Shown here piece by piece: positions 1-12,149 of a stretch of DNA of 64,000 nucleotides. Source of the DNA: Neocallimastix sp. 'constans' (taxonomy: Eukaryota); contig JBODTK010000001.1 of the NCBI GenBank assembly GCA_050613775.1, positions 868,001-932,000 of the forward strand, given 5' to 3'. The notes below the pieces were generated by a model, which saw only the letters and a list, made by a program, of their open reading frames with translations, had not been told where the DNA came from and made no database searches. Made by a program: the position numbers and the translations under genes. Each line of letters starts with the position of its first letter. Position 1 is the stretch's first letter.

Positions 1-711
1 AATTCTGTCTCTGTCATCACTTAGATTTGTTTCTGAAATGAGTTTCTAAACTTCCTATGCAGGAGAGGATATGAAGTTCTATACTTAAGGCTAAATCATT
101 GTTGACACTATTCGAAATGGTTTCTTTAGTTTTAGTATCATTTTTAATAGTAATTTCTTCTGCTCCACTTTTAAAAAATTTAATTAATCATAGAAAATTT
201 TAATGTATTAAAGAATAAAAAATAAGTTTAAAAGTTAAAATTATTTTCGGTGTGATGGTATACTATTTGTAGTAGTATGATCACCATTAAAATCTAAACT
301 AATACAACAAATAAGTAACATTCTTTAAAATAGATAGGGTGGTGTCCACTAAACTCTCCTTTGAATCACAAGAAAGATCATCAAAAAAAAAATTGAATTA
401 CCATAGTATCTGTGTTAAAAAAAAAAAAAAAAAAAAAAAAATGCATAATTAGAACATATTCATTTTTTTACTATCTTATTTTTTAAAAAAAAAAAAAAAT
501 CATGTAAACCATTAAGGAAAGAAAAATTATAATTATTAATAAAAAAAAAAAAATAGGTTTTAAAATAAAAAAAAAAAAAAAAGGTACAAATTAATGTATA
601 AAAAAAATATACTTATAAAATTAATTTAATTTCCAAAGTATTAAAAATACTTATTTAATTATAAATTAATAACTATTAAACTGATAATTTTTATTTTATT
701 ATTAATTAATT

Positions 712-752
<41 letters not shown>

Positions 753-1330
753 CTTATTTACTTATTTATTTATTTATTTATTTATTTTTTATTTATTTAT
801 TTATTTATTTATTTATTTTTTAAATTATATTATTTGTCTACAAATTATTAAATTTTTTATTATTTATTATTAATTATTAATTATTCTTTTTTTTTTTTTT
901 TTTTTTTTTATAGATTAAACAAAATAAATATGAAAGTATGATAAAAACTTATGTATAAATATTTATATATATTTTTTTTATTAATTCTTTTTTTTTTGTT
1001 TTTTTTTTTGTTTTTTTGTTTTTTAATATATGTAATTGTTTTTTTTTTTCTATGTATAATCTATGTTTATTAAAATAATTAATATATATATATATATAAT
1101 TAAAATTTCATTATCATTGGTTAATATTTTTTATGTTATATTTATTTATATCTATATATAAAAATGAACAAGTTATATATTTCCTCTAAATTCCATTTTT
1201 ATTTTATATTATTTTATTTTATTTTATCTTTAAATTTTTCAAAGATTTTCTTTCAATTCCATTTTTTTTTCTTTTTTTTTCTTTTTTTTTTTTTTTTTTT
1301 TCTTCTTTTTTTTTATTTTATTCCTTTATT

Positions 1331-3232
1331 TTAATTAAATTCATTCTCATTCCAATAAGATTTTGATTTTTCCGTTCGAATGGCATCCCCAAAGAATGAA
1401 AATTTAACGGTATTACATAAACCTGGTAAGAGGGCATGATATCCAGCACAAATAACTACTTTATCACCAATTTTAAACCAATCTGGATGACGAGTAATGA
1501 TGGCATGCTCTGTTTTAGCTAGAATAGCATCAGTATTTAAGTAGTCATTATTGATATTTAAGGAACTTAATAAGTGAACAATAATTTGATTATTATTAAT
1601 TTTATTTTCGTCGAGGTTGAATGAGGCATTGCTGTTTCTCTTTTTGAAACTAACAAGCATTGGATGAACTCCACGAAGAACTGTTAGCTTTCGTTGTACA
1701 TGACTATTAGAAGTAATGGCAATCACATTCAAATTTCTACTACGCTTAGAAATCATATGACAAGTATCTCCAGTATCGGTATATACAATAATAGCGGAGG
1801 CATTGGACTCTTCTGCTGCAGTAACAGCAGAATCGGCAATAGCATCAATAAATGGAGATGGATTCTTTCTACGTGCGTTGATACCAGTTTTTCTAATTAA
1901 ATCTAATTCCACCTTAGCAGAGTAATCAGACATTTCTTCAACATAACGACATATAGAACTCATCATTTTAACCGATTCTACTGGATAGGCACCAGCCGCA
2001 CATTCACCACTTAACATTACTGCATCCGTACCATCAAAAACTGCATTAGCAACATCACTAACTTCAGCTCGAGTGGGAACCGGATTAGTTATCATAGATT
2101 CTAACATTTGAGTAGCAGTAATCACTGGCTTCTCAGCTCCATTCACTTTTCGAATTAATTCCTTTTGAACAATAGGAACCTTTTCAAGTTGACATTCTAC
2201 CCCTAAATCTCCACGAGCTACCATAATTGCATCAGATACCTTAATGATTTCATCAATTTCATCTAAGGCTTGGGGCTTTTCAATCTTTGAAACTACCATT
2301 GGTCTCCATTCAGGTGATAGTTGAATTTCTTCTACTAAATAATTATAATCATAATCATTTAAGTTATCTACTGGAATTCCTAATGGAGGATAAATCTTTT
2401 TCTTTTCTTCTTCTTCCTTACGGAATTCACCCATAAGATCAATTAAATCTTGAACATCTTGTCGACGTTGAACGAAGGAAAGAGCAATGAAGTCTAAACG
2501 TTGATCCCATATGAATTTAGCATCTCTTTTATCCTTTTCAGTTAGCGCTGGAATATCTACAAGAAGATCTGGAACATTAATTCCCTTTCTTGCTTTTAAT
2601 TCTGTACCTGAAAGAACCTCTACTTCTAAAGTATCTTCAGAAATACGTTTTATGACACGTAAAGAAATATTACCATCATCTAAAAGAACACGATGTTCTG
2701 GTTGAAGTTGTTTAATAATTTGAGGAGTATTCATACAAATGGTATTTTCATCTCCTAATTCAGAACTAGCTTTCAAATAGAGGTGTTGACCCTTTTCTAA
2801 AGGAATAGAATCTCTATCCTTGAAACCATTATTTCTAATCTTTGGACCACATAAATCACCTAAGATAGCAACACAAAGATTTAATTCATTACTAACCTTT
2901 CTAATTTCTCTAATAATTGGAACTTGAGTTAAGTAATCGGTAACATGAGAGAAATTTAATCTGAAAACATTTACACCTTTTTTTAAAAAAAAAATAAAAA
3001 AATAAAAAAATAAAAAAATAAAAAAATAAAAAAAAATGATAAAAAACAGTAATAATAATAATTATAATAATTTTAATATTTATCTTTATGATATTATAAA
3101 TTTTTTTATTTATTTTAAATTTTATATTTTTCAAATTCTATTATAAAATATAATTTCCTTCCTCATTAATTCATATATTTAATTATTACTACTATTATAT
3201 ATATATATATATATATTATCTTTCTATCTTTC

Positions 3233-3269
<37 letters not shown>

Positions 3270-3489
3270 GAATGACAAAATAAAAATAAATTATGAAAAA
3301 TTATAATAATAAAATAAATGAGTAAATGAATAAATTACCAGCAAGAATTAATTCTCTAATTTTATCCGTAGAAGCTGGACCAAGGGTAGCAACAATTTTA
3401 GTTTTTCTAGTTCTTCTATCAAGTTCAAAAAGGTCTCTATCATTTATATTAAGATTGATAGCACTTTTTTTACTACTTAAGCTTGACAT
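1331..3489 (-). CDS. Pyruvate kinase, 2 exons (3489-3339, 2976-1331), about 598 aa
   Basis: Exon 1 reads RKTKIVATLGPAST. The GT..AG intron 3338-2977 joins it in frame to give AGVNVFRLNFSH. Exon 2 carries ILGDLCGPKIR, KGINVP, SKIEK, IMVARGDLGVE, KPVITATQMLESM, PTRAEVSDVANAVFDGTDAVMLSGE and a C-terminal domain. Exon lengths 151+1646=1797 nt, a multiple of 3. Confidence 0.97.
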
Positions 3490-4437
3490 TTTTATTCTTA
3501 TTCTATATATATCATTATTATAATTAAAAAATAGTGATACATTAATATTATTAAATATTTATATATAAAAGTTCTAAATTTTAAAATGTTTAAATAATTA
3601 TTTACATGTATATATTATTTTAATAAATAGTTATATTTTGTTTTGTTCTGTTTTTTTTTTGTTGTTGTTGTTTTGTTTTTTGTTTTTAGTTTTGGTTTTT
3701 ATTTTTTAATATTGGTTTTATTTTTTTTAATTCGTTATTACTGTTATTATTTTTATTTTAAATAAGTTCTTATAATGATATTTTTAAATTTTGAATTGTT
3801 AATTCACTAATTAAAAAATAAATAAGATAAAACAATAAAAAAAAAAAAAAAGTAAAAATAAAAATAAAAATAAAAAAAAGTTATATATATATATTAATGT
3901 TAAAAATAAGGTTGTGTAACCTTCTAACAAATAAGCTTCCACTGATTAAATGTCAATTAATTAAATAATTAAATAAGATTAATCTATTGTTAAAATACAT
4001 ATATTATATATTATATATTATTATTATTATTATTTTATACTTAAAATGAAGGTAATTTTTTATTATATTCTTTATTCTATTTATATTATATTGTATTATA
4101 TTACATCTAATTTATTACTTTATAATTTTTTTTTATTTATTATACATAATTATTTATATTATATTTAATAGCTTTTTATTTTTAGTTCATTAATAAACTA
4201 CTATAGAATTAGAATTAGTAATTAACAAATATATACATATATATGTATATAATACTGATTATTTAATATAGATTTCAAAATTCAATTCATCAAATAAACC
4301 TTTATAAAAATAAAAAAAAAAAAAAAGAAGGAATTTTGATAAAAGTAATTTCATCTTATTATTATTTTATATTAAAAAAAAAAAAAGTTTCTCCATAATT
4401 TTTTTTGTTTCATTTTATTTAATGTTAGAATGGATAA

Positions 4438-4480
<43 letters not shown>

Positions 4481-4859
4481 TAAAAGTATTTATTATTCCT
4501 ATAATTATTTTTATAAAATATATATATTATATGTATTCTTCTCCGTAATAAAACTACATTGTTTAATTAATAGAAACAAGATCTACGCTATTTTAAATGT
4601 TATTATTCTTTACATAAAAACAAAAAAAAAAAAAAAAGATTAAGCTATCTTTTTTTTTTTCTATTTTTTTTTTACTAATATTAAAAGTGTTTGTTATATT
4701 CATAGTTAATAGTATTTATTCCCCATATTAATATTTATACTGATCTTGATTAATTCCATAATATGTTACAATAAAACAATCAAGCTCATTATATTTAATA
4801 TATCTTATATAATTATAAATTATAAATTATAAAATTTATTTATTTATTTATTTATCTAT

Positions 4860-4906
<47 letters not shown>

Positions 4907-6210
4907 TTATTTTTTTTGAAAGTAACTATAGGTTACATCAATAATTTATAATTTAATATTTTTAATTATTTAAATTTTATTATTAAAAAAAAAATTAAAA
5001 ATCAGTACTATTATTACTGATAATAATTTTTTATTTATAAAAACCATTTTTTTAGTCATAAAAATTTTAATAATAAAAATAAATAATAAATAATAAATAA
5101 TAAATAATAAATAATAAATAATAAATAATAAATAATTGAATAATTGAATAATAATTTTCAACATCAACTAAATTTTATTTATGATTAATTATTAATTATT
5201 ATTAAAAGAATTTGATAAGGTAAAAAAAATATATATATATATTTTTTTCTATGGATGATTGATAAGTTTAATTAATACTAATTATTTAATATTAATAATA
5301 ATTTAAAATAATAATAATTAAAATAATAATAATAATTAAAATTAACAGATAAAAAAAAAAAGTTTTTTCTTAAATTGAAAATTTTGATAATCAAATTTGT
5401 TTATTCAATTAAAATAAATAAAATAATAAAAATTAATATATATGAAATATAAATATTATATATAATTAATAATATAGATTATATATAATATTAAATAAAT
5501 AATATATATAGTATTATTTATTTATTTAAAAAAAAAAGATAAAAAAATTTTTTTTCTTTTCATTATCAATAAATTTAATAAATTTAAAAAAAAATTAAAA
5601 AAAAAATTTTTATTCAAAAGTTTTAATTAATTTAAAAAAATTTAATAAATTTTAACTTTTTTTTTATTTAAATTTAAAATTTTTAAATTTTTTAAATTTT
5701 TTAAATTTACAAAATATTTTGGTAAAATAAAATAAAATATATAACAATAATATATTAATTATATATGTACTATCATATTATTTATATTTTTTATATTTAA
5801 CTTAAAAAATTAACCAATAAGATATAGATAATAGTTAACATGAAAATAAATAAATAAATAGATGAATATACTAAATATATCAATGAATAACTAAATAAAT
5901 TATTATTAATTAATTGATAATAAATAAATGAATGATTAAATAAATTAAGTAAAATTTTTGATTTTTATTTTAGTTGTAAATTTTGAAAATTCATCATTTC
6001 AATAATATTTTTCTATTTTTCTTTTTTCTAATATTCTTTTTTATAAAATAAATATAAAAAATAAAAATTTATTTTACATTTTAATAGTATTTGAATAATA
6101 GTATTTGAATAATAGTATTTGAATAGTATATGAGTAGCATTTAAATATTTATTAATTATTTAGTTAATCTAATTAATAATTATTTTTATTATATTATTAA
6201 TGATTAAAAG

Positions 6211-6254
<44 letters not shown>

Positions 6255-6334
6255 ATAAAAATAAAATGTGGATATAAAATAAAATTAAGATTAAAATAGT
6301 GAGATAACAATCAAATATTATCAAAATTTTGTAG

Positions 6335-6432
6335 ATAAAAGTCAAACTTTTAAAAAAAAGATAGCATTATCTTAACCATTATTGCTGATTTGATTTGATC
6401 TAAATTACTTCTTATTCTGTTTTGTTTCTGTT

Positions 6433-6464
<32 letters not shown>

Positions 6465-6913
6465 GTTTAAATTATGTAATGTAAAAACGAAAAATAATAA
6501 ATAATGAATAATAAATATTAAATATTAAATAATTAATAATGAATAATAAATAATAAATAATAAATAATTAATAATAAATAATGAATAATAAATAATAAAT
6601 AATAAATAATAAATAAATAAAATATTTATTAATAATAAATAATTGAATAATTGAATAATACAAATAATACAAATAATAATTTATATAATATAAAAATTAA
6701 AAATTATTAAATTAAGAATAATTATTAAATTAAATTTTGTAAATTAAATTTAATATCTATGTTACAGAATCATTTAATAATCAAAATCTTTTTTTTTTTT
6801 TTTTTTTGAAAAAAAAACAGAAACAAAACAGAATAAGAAGTAATTTAGATCAAATCAAATCAGCAATAATGGTTAAGATAATGCTATCTTTTTTTTAAAA
6901 GTTTGACTTTTAT
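6335..6913. repeat. Long perfect inverted repeat (foldback/MITE-like): arms 6335-6439 and 6809-6913, spacer about 370 bp
   Basis: ATAAAAGTCAAACTTTT...GATAGCATTATCTTAACCATTATTGCTGATTTGATTTGATCTAAATTACTTCTTATTCTGTTTTGTTTCTG is present as its exact reverse complement at 6809-6913. Poly(A) at 6440-6464 and poly(T) at 6789-6807 extend the pairing inward. Confidence 0.93.
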
Positions 6914-7394
6914 TGTTTTTTTTTTTTTGAAAAAAAAAAAAACTTAACAACCCTTTTGGAAAAATAAAAGTCCATGTGCAGTAATTTTAAAGCATTACCC
7001 AATAAATGAATTATTAATGAAAACTTGAAATTATTATTATTCGTTCAAATACTTATATTTATTTATTTATTTATTTATTTATTAATCTATTTATTTATTT
7101 ATTTATTTATTAAATATTTTAAGTTTTCTATTTTAATATGAATATATTAGAATTAAATATATACATATTACATATTAATATATTTGGTTTAATAAATATA
7201 TTTGATAATTAAATAATTTAAATAATTAAAGAATATATTTAATGATGATAATATTAATTAAATTTTAAAATATTAATTCTTTTTTTTTTATAGTTTGAAA
7301 TTTTTTCTAATTTATCAACTTTTTTTTATTATTATTATAAAACCTTAAAATTGATAGTATCTTAAAATAAAAAAAAAAATTTAAAAGTTTTCCT

Positions 7395-7872
7395 TTCAAT
7401 AAGACTTTTGCTTTTCAATTCTAATGGCTTCTCCAAATCAGTAAAAAGGATAGCTTTCCTGTATAACATCATCCTGACAAAAGAACGTGATATCCAGCAA
7501 AGACTACTACCTTATCACCAATATTTAACCAGTTTAAATGACGATTCATTATTTCATTACAATCATGGTTAAAATAACATCTGTATTTAAGTAATTATTA
7601 CTAATATTAAACTTGTTAATAAACTAGCAATAATTTTGTTTAGGGTTACTGTTAATATTCTTTAATATTAAATGAGAGGAACTGTTGTTTTTTTTTTTTT
7701 ATTATTATTATTATTAAAATCAACAAGTATTAGAGACCAGCTCCATGATGAACTGTTAATTTTCATTGTACATGACTATTTGATGTAATGGCTATGATGA
7801 TATTCAAATTTTCTGCCACGCTTAGATATCCTATGACAAGTATCTCCAGTATCGGTATATATACAATAATAA
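7395..7872 (-). pseudogene. Decayed fragment of a pyruvate kinase paralog (C-terminal domain only)
   Basis: Collinear nucleotide similarity to about 1350-1792. TATGACAAGTATCTCCAGTATCGGTATATACAATAATA is identical in both; TGATATCCAGCA, TTATCACCAAT and TTGTACATGACTATT are also shared. Indels and a poly(T)/(ATT)n insertion break the frame. Confidence 0.9.
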
Positions 7873-8769
7873 CTTTCAAAATAAAAGTGTTGACGGTTAA
7901 TTATTATTTCATGTTGAAAGACAAATTGAAATTTCATTGTCTTCAGTATCATCTTCTAATGAAAATGTTTATATATAATATAGTAAATCAATATAAATGA
8001 AATAATTACCAACTTGAATGATATTATTAAACAATTTATGTTTTTTATTAAATCTTTGACTAATACTATTATGAATTTTACGTTGTAAATTAATACTTTA
8101 AAAACTTAAAAATCATCCATTAATTGTAAACATATGAGTTTTTATGAAAATAATCAACTAATAAATATAAAACACGTTTATATTTAATATTGAAATTAAT
8201 ATCATAATAACGTATGGATGATTGTGAAATTAATTTATTAATAAATAATCCATTATCATTACTTTTATAATAACAAGGTCGACTAATGGTAACATGACCC
8301 TTTAAATTAGTATTAATCAGGATCTACTTTACTTGTTGGGCCCGATGAATTCATCCACCGCTTCATTTCTTTGATAACAATCAGATATATCATCACTACA
8401 CCTTCATCTTTTATCTCTATTTTTGTATATGTTTATTTTTACACAACCTTCAGTACTAAATAAATATACTTCATTAGAAAGATTATCTAATTCAAAGTAT
8501 TTACTTACATCTTTGGCACTAAATATGTACCTAACTGATCTAAATAGAACACTAATAAAAAGTAATTTTATTTAAGATAGATATCATAATTATTATAAAT
8601 GATTATAATTTATTTTGTAAACAAATTAAATAACAATGAAATAAGTTTTTTAATATATAATACAATTTTGAAATAAATTTAAAAAAAGTACTAATAATAT
8701 ATGTTAAATATCTTTTTTTTTTTTTTTTTTTTTTTTTTTCTTTGTTGATAATATCTTTTAAAATCATCA

Positions 8770-11300
8770 ATATCAATATAGTTTCATTTTCACATGTTGT
8801 TACTACCTGTATTTGTTTGATTGGTAATATCTGAAATCCTAGATTTTTTTAATTAACAATATCTTCTTCATCTATATTAGTACTATTTCTTTTTCTCTTA
8901 TTTTTATTGTGATTATTTCATGATTAATTTCGTTATTATGACTATTTTCATTATTATTATTTTCATTAGTAATATTTTCATCATAATTATTTTCACTTGT
9001 ATTATTCTCATTAGTATTATTTTCAATTTTATAATTACTTTCACTACTATGATTATTATTACAGTAATCATCAAAATTGCAAATGTTATTTTCTTGATAT
9101 TTATTCATTTCGACTAATTGATATATATATATTGGTGTTATTCATATTCAAGTTGCTGTTTATAATTATTTATTTTTGAGTTTTCTGGAATTATCTTCAA
9201 AAAAGATGGCCTCTTTAATTAGTTCAACTCTTCAGCTGAAAAAAAAAAAATCTATAATTATGTAACTATATGATTTAAAAAAAAAAAAAAAATCCATAAT
9301 TATGTAACTATATGATTTAAAAAAAAAAATCCATAATTATGTAACTATATGATTTAAAAAAAAAAAATCCATAATTATGTAACTATATGATTTAAAAAAA
9401 AAAAATCCATAATTATGTAACTATATTTAAAAAAAAAGAAAAAAAAAAAAAAAAAAAAAAAAAATAATACCTAAGAAAAAAATTTTTTTTGGTTTTTAGT
9501 TCTAACTCTTTACTATACTATTTCTATTTTTATGATATAAAATACAGCCAAATATCTTTATTCTTGATAAAATTTGTATTTGTGTTTTAAAAAATAATTT
9601 ATTTGGAATTTTGTGATGTATACTAGAATGTGGTGGGGTAATGTTGTAAAGATGATTTGTATTAATAATGACAAAAAATCTATATATTTGTGCTATGTTT
9701 TGTCGTGTATAAAAGCGTTTTTGTACAATTTTCAATAGTAGGATTAAAATATTTCGGCTAAACGGTTTATTTTGGGAATTTTTTACATCTTCCATTGATA
9801 TCACAGTATTCTACTATAATTTTTTTTTACTTAATCGTAAATATCATATAAAATTTGAATTATTATCCTATTCAGTATTGTATTGTATTAAAAAGGTTAA
9901 TTATGTACTTTATATTTCGTGTTGAGAAATAGGGATTTTAACTCTTATTAAATTAATTTGAGTGGAATTTCCTGATTAAATGATTACTATTATGTAAAAT
10001 AAATACAAGCTTATTTGAATTAAATTTTTTTTTCTTATTATTATTTTTTTTTTGAATATATACTTCCTTTTGAAAAGTTTAAACCTGTTGATGATGTTTT
10101 TTTTTATATTTTCCAACTATAAAAAATTATTTAATCCTAATATTAAATCCACTAATATTTATGTAATAGGTAATAGGTATCATAACCTTCAATTTCCATT
10201 TTGTATTATTAGTATACTATATTGTTATATATATATATATATTTTTTTTTTGTTATTGGTTATATGCTTAGAGGATCCCGTATCATAAGTCCAAAAAGGA
10301 GTATAATTTTTTTTATAAATAATTATTATTGAGCTGATTTGATATTTAGTTCATAGAACCCTAGTGATCTTGCTTTTTGGTCATACAATTATTTTGAAAA
10401 TCACATGGTTTCATAGATTTTTATTGTCGCTGCAGTATTCAATTGAATGGATGTACGTTCATCATCGTTAAACATGTCGTTATTCATTTCTTCATAGGAT
10501 AAACCGTCGTTGTCATATGAATTCAGTATTGTCTAACTATATTTTTATTATTTTTATGTTCATTATAATGATGCTTTTTTTTTCGTTTGTTTTTTTTTGT
10601 TGTTGTTATTTTTATACATATTTTTTTTTTTTGTATCTATAATTGAAGTTATTTTTTTTTTGTTGGAGGATGTTTTATTTTATATGATAATGATTGAGAG
10701 ATAACATAGTGTGATCGTTGTCGTGACCAGTTCTTTTTAATATTTGATTGAATTAAATTGTTATTATAATGGTTGGAAGTATTAGTAAAAAATTAATTAT
10801 GTTCTTATGGATACTTTATTTTTTAATATCATCACTATTATAATTATAAAATTCAATTGAGGTAATGTTTTCTCTAAAATTTATCTTTTTTTTTAATTTC
10901 ATTTAGTAAAGCATTATACATAGTGATAAATTTTTTTTTCTTAATGATTAAGATTCATTGTTTGGTTCTCCCTTGGGGTCTTTTTGGTTTTGACCTCTTC
11001 CACGACGTTTTGTTATTCATTAATACGTTCCTATAGATTATTAATAATTTTTTTTTTTTTTGGAGTTCCGGGTTCATATTATTTTTATTTAGTTGGTCTT
11101 GAGCGGTTCATAAATTTAATAATCACTGATTTAAAAAGGTTCAATTGTTCACTGATAATGATATATTTCGATGAACTCATAAAGAGCTTTTCCTGATCGA
11201 TAAAACTAATTTTTTTTTTTTTTTTTTGACATAATATTGGCTCGGGAAAACGATTCTTTTGCTAAGAATCATTTTAAGAGTCAGGAATTTATGGTTTATA
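8770..11300 (-). mobile_element. Degenerate Ty1/Copia LTR retrotransposon, gag-protease-integrase part (boundaries approximate)
   Basis: Minus-strand WTYDTGSSKHITNN (10293-10252) matches the Copia aspartic protease motif. NHLYNITP..HSSIHHKIPNKLFF..LSRIKIFGCILY (ORF 9502-9804) matches the integrase C-terminus. FLG..YSYIIMD..IKEAIFFED (about 9480-9195) matches the SH3-like tail. Possible decayed zinc knuckle KRTGHDND near 10715-10740. Many stops and frameshifts; no LTRs found. Confidence 0.8.
9251..9426. repeat. Tandem array: 5 copies of TCCATAATTATGTAACTATATGATTT separated by A-runs
   Basis: Copies start at 9251, 9293, 9330, 9368 and 9406 (last one partial). The A-runs between them are 16, 11, 12 and 12 nt. 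Confidence 0.95.
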
Positions 11301-11544
11301 ATTATATTAATTTTTTTTTTTATAATTCTTTTTTAATAGAATATATTATTATTTCTGAATGTGGTTCATTTCGCCAATTTTTATAATACAAATTTTCAAT
11401 ACGCCATTTATTTTTAATGGCTTGTAAATTTATTTGTTAACGCCATAAAAAATTTTAATAAAATTATATGTAAAAAAAATAAATGTATAAATAAATAAAC
11501 AAACAAATAAATAAATAAATAAATGTATTAAGTATATAAAATAA

Positions 11545-11885
11545 AAATAAATAGTAGAATATGAATATAAAGTACAGATTTAATAAAATAAAATAAAATA
11601 AAATAAAATAAAATAAAATAAAATAAAATAAAATAAAATAAATAGTAGAAATATGAATATAAATTACAGATTGAATAAAATAAAATAAAATAAAATAAAA
11701 TAAAATAAAATAAAATAAAATAAAATAAAATAAAATAAATAGTAGAAATATGAATATAAATTACAGATTGAATAAAATAAAATAAAATAAAATATAATAA
11801 AATATAATAAAATAAAATAAAGTAAAGTAAAATAAATAGTAGAAATATAAATATAAAGTACAGATTGAATAAAATAAAATAAAAT
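11545..11885 (+). repeat. Minisatellite array: AAATAGTAGAAATATGAATATAAA(G/T)TACAGATT(G/T)AAT units with (AAAAT)n spacers
   Basis: Four core units visible, separated by variable (AAAAT)n tracts. Confidence 0.93.
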
Positions 11886-12149
11886 AAATATCTAATATTT
11901 TTTTTTATTAAAGAATATTACAGATCAATGTTTTAGAAATGAAAATTTTTTATATTTTTATTATATTCAATTAATAATGTAATTTAATATATAAAACGTT
12001 ATTATTGATTGTTAATAATCTCATTAATTATAAATGATTTTTTTGCTTTCTAACATATATAATTAAATAAAACATTTTATTTTTAAAAATAAATTGTCTT
12101 TAATATTCTTTAATAAAAATAATAATAAATATATACTTTATTTTATTTT

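Noticed and set aside
1..410. Higher-complexity sequence at the window start, with an imperfect hairpin at about 249-285
   Set aside because: No recognisable motif, frames contain stops, and it is truncated by the window edge. It cannot be called.
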